Shown here piece by piece: positions 1 through 11,713 of a stretch of DNA of 64,000 bases. The notes under the pieces are model-generated. The model was given only the letters and a program-made list of their open reading frames with translations, was not told the origin of the DNA and ran no database searches. Made by a program: the position numbers and the translations under genes. Position 1 is the stretch's first letter; the number at the start of each line of letters is the position of its first letter. Source of the stretch: Octopus vulgaris (lineage: Eukaryota); assembly GCA_951406725.2 (NCBI GenBank), contig OX597818.1, positions 59,892,001-59,956,000 on the forward strand, written 5' to 3'.

Positions 1-28
1 ACACATGTCCTTGTGGAAGCTGTTGTGC

Positions 29-106
29 GCGGCTGAAGAAGGCCACAGACATACATTATGCATTGTTATAAATCTGTCTAATAAAGGCCCGAAACATATG
101 TACCGC
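29..106 (+). ncRNA. Type I hammerhead ribozyme (PLE/retrozyme-like)
   Basis: GCGG-CTGAAGA-A-GGCC...GGCC-C-GAAAC-ATAT-GTA-CCGC. Stem I is GCGG/CCGC, the CUGANGA and GAAA cores are intact, stem III is the palindrome ACATATGT, and the cleavage triplet is GUA. The element runs into (TA)n at ~218. Confidence 0.8.
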
Positions 107-213
107 TGAATCCTTCGCATCATGTTTTTATTTTATTTTGATCAATTTACTCCACCACCTACACCACCAAACGGTATACACAGGTGCTTATAATTATCAA
201 GTACTCACCCCGA

Positions 214-267
<54 letters not shown>

Positions 268-346
268 GTATTTATATACATATATGTATATATATATGTA
301 AATATATATATGTATGTATATATGCATGTATGTATGGACGTATGTA

Positions 347-1551
347 TTAGGTTGTTTAACATGAAATGTCGTATTTGAAAGGTAACAATAAAATGTCTCA
401 GAAGTGTTAGAGAACTGATTTATTTAATCAAAGTATGATCCATTTATGACGTTTATGACGTTTACCCAACGTTTCTCTATGTCATATATTCCATCTTTAA
501 AAAAATAAATTCATCTTTTACTGTGATAAACTGTCCGAATGCTTCAATTACCTCTTCTCTATTTAAGATTGTTTTATTGGTTACGAAAAGCTCAAAATGC
601 TTAAATAAGTGATGATCAGTAGGAGAGATACCAGGGGAATAGGAAGGATGTTGCAAATTGTCATCATTCAGGCTTTACAACTTTTGGAGCGTAGCTTGAG
701 GAGTGTGAGAACGTGCATTGTCGTGGAGTAAAATTGGGCCATCTCTATTCTTCAGTCTGGGTTGCTTCTTTTTCAAATTCTTATGCATACAATCAATTTC
801 CTGACAATACGATATTACTGTTACCATTTTTCGTTCTTGTAAAAATGAATAATGAATAACTCTCTTCGCAGACCACAATACAGTGACCACTAACTTTTTA
901 AGGTGCAATGGTACGTTTTAGGTGGTATTTAGGTGACTCTCCTGCATCTAATCACTGTCCTGTTCTTCTGCTGTTGTCAAAGAGTATCCATTTCTCATCA
1001 CATGTAATGATTCTATGCAAAAAGGGTTCTTTTTCCAGTCGAGAAATCAATAAGAAACACTTTTTTTTTAAATCTCGTTCAGCTGGTGTAGAACAAACCT
1101 ATCCGTTTTCTTGTCTTGTTTGGAGTTCTGATGAAAATTTAGGAACCTTTGTTTTCGGATTTTGTTCAACCAAATTTATGTATCCATCATGCCGAATAAC
1201 TGATTTTGGCCTACCCCTTGGTTTATTTTCAAGGCTATCATCTCCTGAACGAGAGCTTTCGAAACATCTCTGAACAGTTCTGATGTCAACAAAACCATTA
1301 CCAAAGGCCCGCTTGATATTCCGTAGAACTTCTTCGACATAGTGACCCAGTTTGTACTCATACGAGAAAATCACTCAACATAGTTTTGTTATTATCATTT
1401 TCATGGGGTCTGTGGGTACGAATATTGCATACCAATATTGTTGGGGAAAGAAAATGACTCAAGATTAAAGGTAAGGTATATATAACTCAGTTTTTAAATG
1501 ACTGAAATAAAAAGTAATTAAAAATGCAACATTTCATGTGAAACAACCTAA
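347..1551 (-). mobile_element. Mariner (Tc1/mariner) DNA transposon, full length, decayed transposase
   Basis: TIRs TTAGGTTGTTTAACATGAAATGTCG / CAACATTTCATGTGAAACAACCTAA with TA at the left end. Minus-strand peptides YEYKLGH...RTVQRCFESSRSGDDSLENKPRGRP (HTH) and GPILLHDNARSH (DDE region); frameshifts and stops present. Confidence 0.93.
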
Positions 1552-1582
<31 letters not shown>

Positions 1583-1601
1583 GTGTATGCATGCATGTAT
1601 G

Positions 1602-1632
<31 letters not shown>

Positions 1633-1751
1633 AATATATGTATATATATGTATAAATATGTATATATATATATGTATGTAGGTAGGTATGTTTGTATATA
1701 TATGTATATGCATGTATATATATATATATATATGTTTATTATATGTATATA

Positions 1752-1783
<32 letters not shown>

Positions 1784-2011
1784 CATACATATGTTTATTA
1801 TATGTATATATATATGTATATATATATATGTATATTATATATGTATATATATATATGTATGTTATATATGTATATATATATACGTGTATATATATATGTA
1901 TATATATGTATATATATGTATACATATATGTATATATATGTATACATATATGTATATATATATATATATGTTTGTGTGTGTTTGTGTGTGTGAGTGTGTG
2001 AGAGAGAGATA
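1552..2011. repeat. Compound (TG)n/(TA)n/(GA)n microsatellite
   Basis: Directly visible dinucleotide tracts. Confidence 0.97.
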
Positions 2012-2567
2012 GAGAATGATTTTTATTTGGGAATTTGTCACCCCACCCGCATCTGCCAACTTTTGATCACCGCTTTTGATTTGCTTGCGACTCCGTGACT
2101 TAACGGTTCGGCAAAAGAGAGCGACAGAATAAATACGAAACTTTCCAAACAAACTTCAGTACTGGATTCGATTTACTCGACTGAAACCTTACACGTCGAT
2201 GCCCCAGCAAGGCCGCAATCCAGTGAATGCAAGAAAGGAAGAAAAGATATAGGATATAAGACATTTAAGTAAGAAAAGAAAAGTATTTTTTTCTCTCCTC
2301 TAAAATATTTCATGGAAATTTTATAAAATTGGCAACTATCCTAATGAATAAAAATATGGCAAATTTCCCGATTTGTTCTCTATTATGGTAAATGTCTCAA
2401 TTAGTTCATTAATCACGCAAATATTTATTTATATTCTCTTTCATTCAGTCCAAACTTTCTTCCTTGTTCTTAAAAGTACGCCTGTACTATTAAACGGAAC
2501 GTGACATAAGCCACTAAGTCATACTGAAATAAGTAAATAGCCTAATATTTACTGAATATGAAATAAT

Positions 2568-3239
2568 TTTATAGTAAAGCCTATATGCCAACATGATCTG
2601 GTTGTCCTGGAAGGGACGAATGTTACTGTTGTTTTAGCGCCTGGAAACATCGTTTGTAGCTGACTATATGCCACAATATCTGTATCCTTTGATGTGGAAC
2701 AAACCTGTCCGTTTTCTTGACTTGTTTGGCGTTCTGATGAAAGTTTTCGAACGATTGTTCTGGGATTTTGTTCAACCAAAGCATTTAATCCATCACCAAT
2801 GTCGCCTCACTGGCACCTGTGCCGGTGGCATGTGTAAAAAGATTCAAGCGAAGTCGTTGCCAGTACCGCCTGAGCCCCCCCCCCCCTGCCGCTGGCACGT
2901 AAAACGCACCCACTAAACTCTCGGAGTGGTTGGCGTTAAGAAGGGAGTCCAGCTGTAGAAACTCTGCCAGATCAAGATTGGAGCCTGGTGCAGCCATCTG
3001 GTTCGCCAGCCCTCAGTCAAAATCGCCCAACCCATGCCAGCATGGAAAGCGGACGTTAAACGATGATAATTATAATGATGATGATGATGATAAGGTATTT
3101 CGTGTATTTGAAAATATAAGGATACAGATATTGTGGCGTATAGCCAGCTAGAAACGATGTTTCCTGTGACTAAAACAACAGTAACATTCGTCCCTTTCAG
3201 GACAGTCACATTATGTTGGCAAATAGCTTTTACTTTAAA
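2568..3239. mobile_element. Foldback/MITE-like element with ~120 bp inverted arms enclosing a mariner fragment and a SINE 3' half
   Basis: 2568-2689 is the reverse complement of 3119-3239 (e.g. GGGACGAATGTTACTGTTGTTTTAG / CTAAAACAACAGTAACATTCGTCCC). 2693-2780 resembles the mariner at 1085-1172. Confidence 0.7.
2790..3090 (+). mobile_element. SINE 3' portion with Meta-domain-like core and (GAT)n tail
   Basis: GGAGTGGTTGGCGTTAAGAAGGGAGTCCAGCTGTAGAAAC followed by CCATGCCAGCATGGAAAGCGGACGTTAAACGATGAT. Domain assignment is from recall. Confidence 0.6.
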
Positions 3240-3289
3240 GAACTGTTACTGAATGCCTCTCTTCGAGAGATTAAGCAATAATATTTATA

Positions 3290-3546
3290 TAATACATTAC
3301 TTACATTATTTATATTTGACGGATATTTGTCCGCATTTTGTTTGTTGTTAACACAACGTTTCGGCTGATATACCCCCCGGCCTTCATCAGGTGTCTTGGG
3401 GAAATTTCTAACCTGGCTTCTCATTCCTAAAATATATTTCAATGTTATTATTGTTATTATTATTATAATTATCATCATCATCATCATCATCATCATCATT
3501 ATTATTTTTGTTGTTATTATTATTATTATCATTATTATTGTTGTTG

Positions 3547-3610
<64 letters not shown>

Positions 3611-3614
3611 CATA

Positions 3615-3665
<51 letters not shown>

Positions 3666-3858
3666 CAGGTCACTGCGTGGAATAAAACTCGGATTCTTGG
3701 GCTTAATAGCCTGCGCTCTTAAACATTACCCCATATGCCCGTGGGTATATCAGACGAAACGTTGTGTTAACAAAAAACTACATGAGAACAAATATCGGTC
3801 AAATGTAAATAATGTAAACAATGTACATAATTCCTCATCTCTTAAATATAGAACTGTA
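3290..3858 (-). mobile_element. Non-autonomous PLE-like element: tRNA-like head, (AAT)n, hammerhead and tail, plus an inverted partial copy of the 3' end
   Basis: Minus strand: degenerate tRNA-like head 3738-3664, (AAT/GAT)n 3663-3444, hammerhead 3394-3351. Plus strand 3743-3858 repeats the 3' half (GAAACGTTGTGTTAAC...GTCAAATGTAAATAATGT) in inverted orientation. Confidence 0.7.
3351..3394 (-). ncRNA. Minimal type I hammerhead ribozyme
   Basis: Minus strand ACAC-CTGATGA-A-GGC...GCC-GAAAC-GTT-GTGT. Stem I ACAC/GTGT, stem II GGC/GCC, minimal palindromic stem III ACGT. Confidence 0.8.
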
Positions 3859-4171
3859 TTTCCTTTCCTCCGCCATATTTATGATTCTTTCTTTCTCATT
3901 CTGTAGCATTCCTTTACTCATTGCCTGCCCCCAAGCCTAATATCGTTTTATACTTTTACTTTCTTTACTTGTTTCGGTTATTTGACTGCGGCCATGCAGA
4001 AGCACCGCCTTAAGTCGAGGACTTATTCTTTGTAAGCCTAGTACTTATTCTATCAGTGTCTTTTGCCGAACCGCTAGATTATGGGGATGTAAACACACCA
4101 GTATTGGTTGTCAAGCAATGTTGGAAGAACAAACACACACACAGGCAAGCATATACACACTCATACACACG

Positions 4172-4397
4172 TCGAGTTGGCAGAATCGTTAGGACGCCGG
4201 GCGAAATTCTTAGCGGTATTCCGTCTGCCGTTACATTCTGAGTTCAAATTCCGCCGAGGTCGACTTTGCCTTTCGTCCTTTCGGGGTCAATTAAATAAGT
4301 ACCAGTTACGCACAGGAGTCGACGTAATCGACTTAATAACTATGTCTGTCCTTGTTTCTCCCCCCTATGTTTAGCACCCTGTGGGCAATAAAGAAAT
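4172..4397 (+). mobile_element. SINE family B monomer
   Basis: CGAGTTGGCAGAATCGTTAG head, B-box-like GAGTTCAAATTCC, core GTCGACTTTGCCTTTC...GGGGTCAATTAAATAAGTACCAG, tail AAAGAAATA. Confidence 0.9.
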
Positions 4398-4408
4398 ATA
4401 TGCACATT

Positions 4409-4446
<38 letters not shown>

Positions 4447-4448
4447 CG

Positions 4449-5030
<582 letters not shown>

Positions 5031-5340
5031 TATATACACGGGAGGCTTCTTTCAGTTTCGGTCTCCCACATTCATTCACAAGGCTTTTGTCGACTCGAGT
5101 CTATAGTAAAATACACTTGTACAAGGTGCCACACAGTGGGACTGTGGTTGGTAAGCAAGCTACTTACCACACAGCCACTCCTGCACCTAATATGTGTACT
5201 TATCTTGCGCCTCTTGTCTTAACTCTCTTTGTATCCCTCTTTTACTCACTCTCCCCTACTTTCTATACAATCTAAGCTATGACTGCAGATTTCAACCAAC
5301 CAAACAATCAATATTTCTGTCAGATATTAATATCATATTC

Positions 5341-5744
5341 TCTTTTACTCTTTTACTTGTTTCAGTCATTTGACTGCGGCCATGCTGGAGCACCGCCTTT
5401 AGTCGAGCAAATCGACCCCGGGACTTATTCTTTGTAAGCCCAGTACTTATTCTATCGGTCTCTTTTGCCGAACCGCTAAGTGACGGGGACGTAAACACAC
5501 CAGCATCGGTTGTCAAGCAATGCTAGGGGGAGAAACACAGACACACAAACACACACATATACATACATATATACATATATACGACAGGCTTCTTTCAGTT
5601 TCCGTCTACCAAATCCACTCACAAGGCATTGGTCGGCCCGGGGCTGTAGCAGAAGACACTTGCCCAAGATGCCACGCAGTGGGACTGAACCCGGAACCAT
5701 GTGGTTGGTTAGCAAGCTACTTACCACACAGCCACTCCTGCGCA
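5341..5744 (-). mobile_element. SINE family A, full length
   Basis: Reverse complement of the family A sequence. Confidence 0.92.
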
Positions 5745-6511
5745 TATAGAGATGATTCGTAATTAGTTTGAATTAAAGACACAAGCTGCTTCTTGGATTA
5801 CTCTTATCAATGAATGTTTACTTAGAAAAACCTTTCTTTTTTATTGTTTCACTGGTTTTGACCAGTTCGTTGTCACCAAGCTGGAGCGCCAATAGCTTAC
5901 TAAATTTATGAGACTTGATTTCGAAATAATAGCACAGCAATAAGGTGTACTAATTGCATAATAGTTCTTTGTAATGGACGTGTGGTAGTTCCATAACAGC
6001 AGTCACAGATTTTAGCATTTTACGACTAGAAACTGTTAGTGCTATGAAGTGCCTTATGTTACTAATTGAATTTAATGAAATGATTAATGATGATTTAATA
6101 GCAGAAAGCTGGAGACTTCGGAGACTTCTGAGATGGACGCACTGCAAATGTTGCCATTTAAAACGATACTCTAAAGACAATTGTTATCAACCGTACTGGA
6201 AGCTGAATTAATCTCATCAAATTCCATTTCTTTTCATCTCAAATTAGAGAAAGCCATTCGTTTCGTCTTAATGATTTGCATCAATATCAGATTCAGATCT
6301 ACAGATGCGGTTAAATAATATATCTACAGATGCGATTAAAGAATCTTTTCAAGTAGAAAACAGTATTATTTCCCTGTCAAGATTCCTGGATAGATTATGG
6401 TTAAATACGAACACAGTTCTCCTAATATCTACACGGCTTCCGTGATAAACTGGTCTTACAATTCTCTTTTCTTTCGAAAAACATAAATACTTAGAATATA
6501 TTTGTAAACAA

Positions 6512-6953
6512 GACGACGAGCTGGCAGAAACGTTAGCACGCCGGGCGATATGCGTAGCCGTATTTCGTCTGCCGTTACGTTCTGAGTTCAAATTCCACCG
6601 AGGTCGACTTTGCCTTTCATTCTTTCGGGGTCGATAAATTAAGTACCAGTTACGCACTGGGGTCGATGTAATCGACCTACACCGTTTGTCTGTCCTTGTT
6701 TGTCCTCTCTGTGTGTAGCCCCTTGTGGGTAGTATAGAAATAGGTATTTCGTCTGCCGCTACGCTCTGAGTTTAAATTCTGCCGAGGTCGACTTTGCCTT
6801 TCATTCTTTTGGGGTCGATTAAATTAGTATGTTACGTACTGGTGTCGTAATCGACATAACCCCGTTGCCTGTCGATTATGTAATCGATATAATCCCGTTG
6901 TCTGTCCTTGTTTGTCCACTCTATATTTAGCTCCTTGTGGGCAATAAAGAACT
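6512..6953 (+). mobile_element. SINE family B, dimer of the ~184 bp body unit
   Basis: Head followed by two body units; target-site-duplication (TSD)-like TATATTTGT(AA/GC)ACA on both sides. Confidence 0.9.
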
Positions 6954-7034
6954 AAATATATTTGTGCACAATAATATGTAGGGTCTCTTAACATTGACTA
7001 TTTAAAGAGTAGCTTTTTTATTAAAAAAATATAT

Positions 7035-7386
7035 GGTGCAGGAGTGGCTATGTGGTAAGTAACTTGCTTACCAGCCACATGGTTCCGGATTCAGTCCCAC
7101 TACGTGGCACCTTGAGAAAGTTTCTTCTACTATAGCCTCGGGCAGACCAAAGACTTGTGAGTGGGTTTGTTAGACAGAAGCTGAAAGAAGACCGTCGGGT
7201 CAGCATTCCTCTCCCCATCATCACTTGATAACCGATGTTGGTGTGTTTACATCCTCGTAACTTACGACAAAGCGAACGTTAGACTAAGTACTAGGCTTAC
7301 AAACAATATGTCCTGGGGTTGATTTGTTCGACTAAAGGTGATGCTCTAGCATTGTTGCTATCAAATGACTGAAATAAATAAAAGAA
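7035..7386 (+). mobile_element. SINE family A lacking the internal microsatellite
   Basis: Head and tail match family A; the (TA/TG) tract is absent at ~7198. Confidence 0.85.
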
Positions 7387-7399
7387 TATGCAATAATGG

Positions 7400-8203
7400 T
7401 TTCAAATTTTAACAGAAAACCAGCAGTTTTAAAAGAAGAGATAAGTCGATCACATCACGCTCAGTGATCAACTGGTACTTATTTTATCGACGCTGGAAGG
7501 ATGAAAGACAAAGTCGACTTCAGTAGAAGAATTTGAATTCCGAACGTAAAGCCGGAAGAAATGTCGTTAAGCATTTTATACGACGTGCTACTAATTCAGC
7601 CAACTCACTACTTGATAATAAGAATTCTTTCCACAAAAGGCACAAGGCCTGATATTATGGAAAAGATGCTTAGCCGAATACATCAACTGATACTTATGAT
7701 ATCGAACTCGGAAGGATGAAAGGCAAAGTCGACCTCCACAGAGTTTGAACTCAAAATCAGGACGTAAAGTCGGAAGAAATGAGTATCAGCATTCTATCTG
7801 GCCTGCTAACGATTCTTTTCTACTCTAGACACAAGGTCCGAAATTTGGGGCAAATTATTAGATCGATCACAGTACACAGCTGGTACTTAATTTATCGACT
7901 CCGGAAGGATGAAAGGCAAAGTCGACGTCGGCGACATTTGAACTCAGAACGTAAAGACAGACGAAATACCTATTTCTTTACTACCCACAATGGGCTAAAC
8001 ACAGGGGGGGGGGGGACAAACACGGACAGACAAACAGATTAAGTCGATTACATTGACCCCAGTGCTGGTATTTAATTTATCGCCCCAGAAAGGATGAAAG
8101 GCAAAGTCGACCTCAGCCGAATTGGAACTCAGAACGTAACGGCAGACGAAATACCGCTAAGCATTTCGCCCGGCATGCTAACGTTTCTGCCAGTACGCTG
8201 CCT
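7400..8203 (-). mobile_element. Cluster of SINE family B copies (old variants and a dimer)
   Basis: Repeated GGATGAAAGGCAAAGTCGAC...TTTGAACTC motifs on the plus strand. Confidence 0.8.
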
Positions 8204-8221
8204 TACGTTATCAGATAACTA

Positions 8222-8467
8222 ATGTTCTTTCTCGAGCCATGTCAGGCTCATAAGGGCCAGTTTCCTGGTTTCAGTTACCTAGAAATTCCCCACCTGGACG
8301 GGACGCCGGTCTGTCGCAGGATTACTCATTTTTGCCAGCTGAGTGGTCTGGAGCAATGTGAAGTGTTTTGCTCTAGAACACCAACGCATCGCCCGGTCCA
8401 GGAATCGAAACCACAACCTTACGATCATGAGTTCAACACCCTAACCACTAAGCCACGCGCCTCCACA
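8222..8467 (-). mobile_element. tRNA-derived SINE family E (CORE/V-like)
   Basis: Minus strand GTGGAGGCGCGTGGCTTAGTGGTTAGGG (A box), GGTTTCGATTCC (B box), then CCTGCGACAGACCGGCGTCCCGTCCAGG; flanked by TSD ACGTTATCAGATAA. Confidence 0.82.
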
Positions 8468-9000
8468 CGTTATCAGATAATTACTTTCAAATTTTGGCAT
8501 AAAGCCCGCAATTTCGGGACAGGGGCTAAGTTGACTACATCAGCCCCAGTTCTCAACTAGTACTTATTTTATCAACCGCGAAAAAATGAAAGGCAATGTT
8601 ACCCCAGAGTAATCTGAACTCACAACGTAAATGCCGTTCAACGTTTTGCCAAGCCTGCTAACAGTTCCGTCACCGTACTGCCTTACGTTATCAGATAATT
8701 ACCATGAATTTTAAATAAAATATCTGTTTGGACAATTAGTCAAGTTTTAGATATCGTAACAGACTCTTTCATTTTATCGCAAATATGTAAAAACATCGTA
8801 AAATTACATGAAATATTAGAACCATAAAAGAAAGAAAACATTATCATTCATTATGAGTTGGCGTTGGCCTTTTTAGAAGATATGTGTTAATATATGGTAA
8901 TTATTCAGGAAAAAAACTATAGAAACAAATTTGAAATTTAACAATAAAGGACAGAAAAAAATAGAGAGAAAATGAAATGGAGGTTTTGAAGAAGACTTAC

Positions 9001-9109
9001 CCAAGATTAATAATTCTCGTTGTTGTGGGTGATAAAAACTTGTGAGATAGAGTGTTTTGTATGGTCTCGCTGGGAGGTGGATAGCATGGGGGTATACGGA
9101 ATAGTTATA
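9001..9109 (-). other. Candidate exon of a minus-strand gene (first or internal exon)
   Basis: Consensus donor TTGG|GTAAGT at 9001/9000. The 5' boundary TTTTCTATTTCTGTTCAG|T fits either an acceptor or an Inr (TCAGT). One frame is open: YNYSVYPHAIHLPARPYKTLYLTSFYHPQQRELLIL. Protein not recognised. Confidence 0.5.
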
Positions 9110-9763
9110 CTGAACAGAAATAGAAAATCAGAGTTGATAAGCGTGGTACGTAAGCGTGTGTCTATGTGAATAGATAAGGAATATGCGCGCGTGTGCGCGA
9201 AGAGATATGGAACGTGCGCGAGTGTGCGAGTGGGTGCTGCGTGTGTGGGAATGAGCTCATAGTGTATGTGTGTGTGTGTTCTGTGGCGAAAAAAAAAATC
9301 TTATTAGTATACTGTAAGCCATAATTAAGCTAGATAAGGGTATATATTTAATGATCTTAAATTTCTTTCTTGAAGTTTTTTCAAATTTCCACAAGATTGT
9401 TTTCAAAAAGTTTTTTGCGTTAGTGTACTTTTACCTGTTGATGACGAAAATCGATTTCATTTTTTCTAGTAATTACTCATTAAGTACATTTTATAAACTT
9501 TAGAAATGTCAAAACTTTAGTATTTTACAGAAAAGAAAAGTAAACTTTGAATGCAATAAGCCTGTAAGGAGAGCAGAGAGAAAGAGAGAGAGAGAGAGTA
9601 TTTACTCTTCACTTCCTTCTCTGTAAAGTACTAACCACATTCGACGCTTCCAAAGTTTGTTTATAAAATGATGGCCACTCGAAAAGTTATAATTTAGCAT
9701 CAAAATTTACGGTAACTTGTTGTCAGGAGACGTTTAGCTTAAAGGTAGGGTACTCAGCCAGAA

Positions 9764-9998
9764 GGCGGCGAGCCGGCAGAAACGTTAGCACGCCGGGCGA
9801 AATGCGTAGCCGCATTTCGTCTGCCGTTACGTTCTGAGTTCAAATTCCGCCAATGTCGACTTTGCCTTTCATCCTTTCGGGGTCAATAAAATAAGTACCA
9901 GTTACGCACTGGGGTCGATATAATCGACTTAATCCGTTTGTCTGTCCTTGTTTGTCCCATCAGTGTTTAGCCCTTGAGGGTATTAATATTAAAGAAAT
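9764..9998 (+). mobile_element. SINE family B monomer with ~99 bp flanking direct repeat
   Basis: Family B sequence; 9663-9761 is repeated at 10001-10099. Confidence 0.9.
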
Positions 9999-10289
9999 AT
10001 ATAAAATGTTGCCCAAACGAAAAGTTATAATTTAGCATCAAAATTTACGGTAACTTGTTGACAGGGGACGTTTAGCTTAATGGTAGGATACTCAGCCAGT
10101 ACTTGAGGGGCTCAGTTTCGAATCCTTGTCGTCTGTTGGCAACGTTCTTTTCCCGTCTTATAATTTTCTCCCCCCACTATACTTCAGCTTTACGGCATTC
10201 GAAATTTGCTTTCTTGTCTTTAAAATTGGATGGCTGCCCACAAATTTTTCTGCTTTTAAAAAGAGTAAAAGGAGTAAAAGAGTAAAAGG

Positions 10290-10326
<37 letters not shown>

Positions 10327-10327
<1 letters not shown>

Positions 10328-10638
10328 GTACTACTAGCTAGTCGTAAGTAGTTGATCCTACGACTTGCGCGAATGTTTGTATTTCAAGGCTGAATACACA
10401 TCAAAGAAAATTAAATAATATTTTTCGAACAAAGTAAATAAAACGCAAAGTAAATAATTTTTTAAACTAAGCAAATATATTACTTTTATAAACAAAGTTA
10501 GGTTTAGGGTTAGGTTAAGGGCTAGGTTTTAAAAAATTAGGGTTAGAGTTAGAAACTCGTTGTAGGATCGACTACTTACGACTAGCTAACGCGGATGCGC
10601 GAGTGCGAGCACCGGGACCACAGTTCGCTAGTAGTACC
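10327..10638. mobile_element. Small non-autonomous element with inverted termini and internal TTAGGG-like repeats (Helentron/HINE-like or MITE)
   Basis: Left end GGTACTACTAGCTAGTCGTAAGTAGTTGATCCTACGAC; right end GTTGTAGGATCGACTACTTACGACTA[~42 bp]GCTAGTAGTACC. TTAGGG-like units at 10497-10552; inserted in (TA)n. Confidence 0.7.
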
Positions 10639-11031
10639 TATATATTGTTTAGTATCTACATGTGGAATAAAATTCATCTGTCTACTTGTTCAACAATACA
10701 TTTCAACGCTTCGAAAACAAACTTGTTTGTTTACATGCGGCGTAATAAGATTGAAGCTACGGGCATTTAACTAATTTCAGCCTATCAATAACCTGCTAAT
10801 GTTACACCGATGCTGTTATGGAGATCAGCATACGTGGTCTCTAGACTTGTTTGAAGTAGCAGTCAAGTCTTCCTTCAATAGTATTATAACTTCCAAAAAG
10901 CAACTAAAATTCAATGGGATGGCGCTTGATAAAGAATAGAGGGAATTCGGGTGGAGGGTTCATAATTTGAACACCAAGGCAGCGTAATATAGTTCTAAAC
11001 TCACAGTGACACAAAATATGTTTAGCAACAA

Positions 11032-11463
11032 GGCGTCGAACTGGCAGAAACGTTAGCCACGCCGGGTGAAATGCGTAGCCGTATTTCGTCTGCCGTTACG
11101 TTCTGAGTTCAAATTCCGTCGAGGTCGACTTTGCCTTTCATTATTTCGGGGTCGATTAAATAAGTACCAGTTACGCACAGGGGTCGATATAATCGACTTA
11201 ATCCGTTTGTCTGTCCTTATTTGTTCCCTCTGTATTTAGCCCCTTGAGGGTAGTAAAAAACTAGGTATTTCGTCTGCCGCTACGTTCTGAGTTCAAATTC
11301 CGCCGAAGTCGACTTTGCCTTTCATCCTTTCGGGATCGATTAAATAAGTACCAGTTACACACTGGTGTTGATATAATCGACTTAATCACTTTGTCTGTCC
11401 TTGTTTGTCCTCCCTATGTTTAGCCCCTTGTGGGTAGTAAAGAAACAGGTATTACGTCTGCCA
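11032..11463 (+). mobile_element. SINE family B dimer plus start of a third unit
   Basis: Head, two units, then GTATTACGTCTGCC. Confidence 0.9.
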
Positions 11464-11713
11464 CTATAATAATATAAATAATAATATAAATAACGTTTAC
11501 CCACACGTAGACACTGATGAACATCCTCCTGTGCAATTTTACGCTACCCACACAATGCCTTATTCGCACAACCACAAAGCCACAGACTACTCTTTTCATC
11601 CCCATCATTCGTTAATACCCAGAACATAAAATTACAAGCAATTACTCAGCCACCTCACATTACGTCGACTCACACATTTCCATGCCTAAACACGTGTCAC
11701 GCTTGCGAAAATC

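Noticed and set aside
10497-10552. Telomere or chromosome fusion site
   Set aside because: Only a few degenerate TTAGGG units, enclosed within a small inverted-repeat element.
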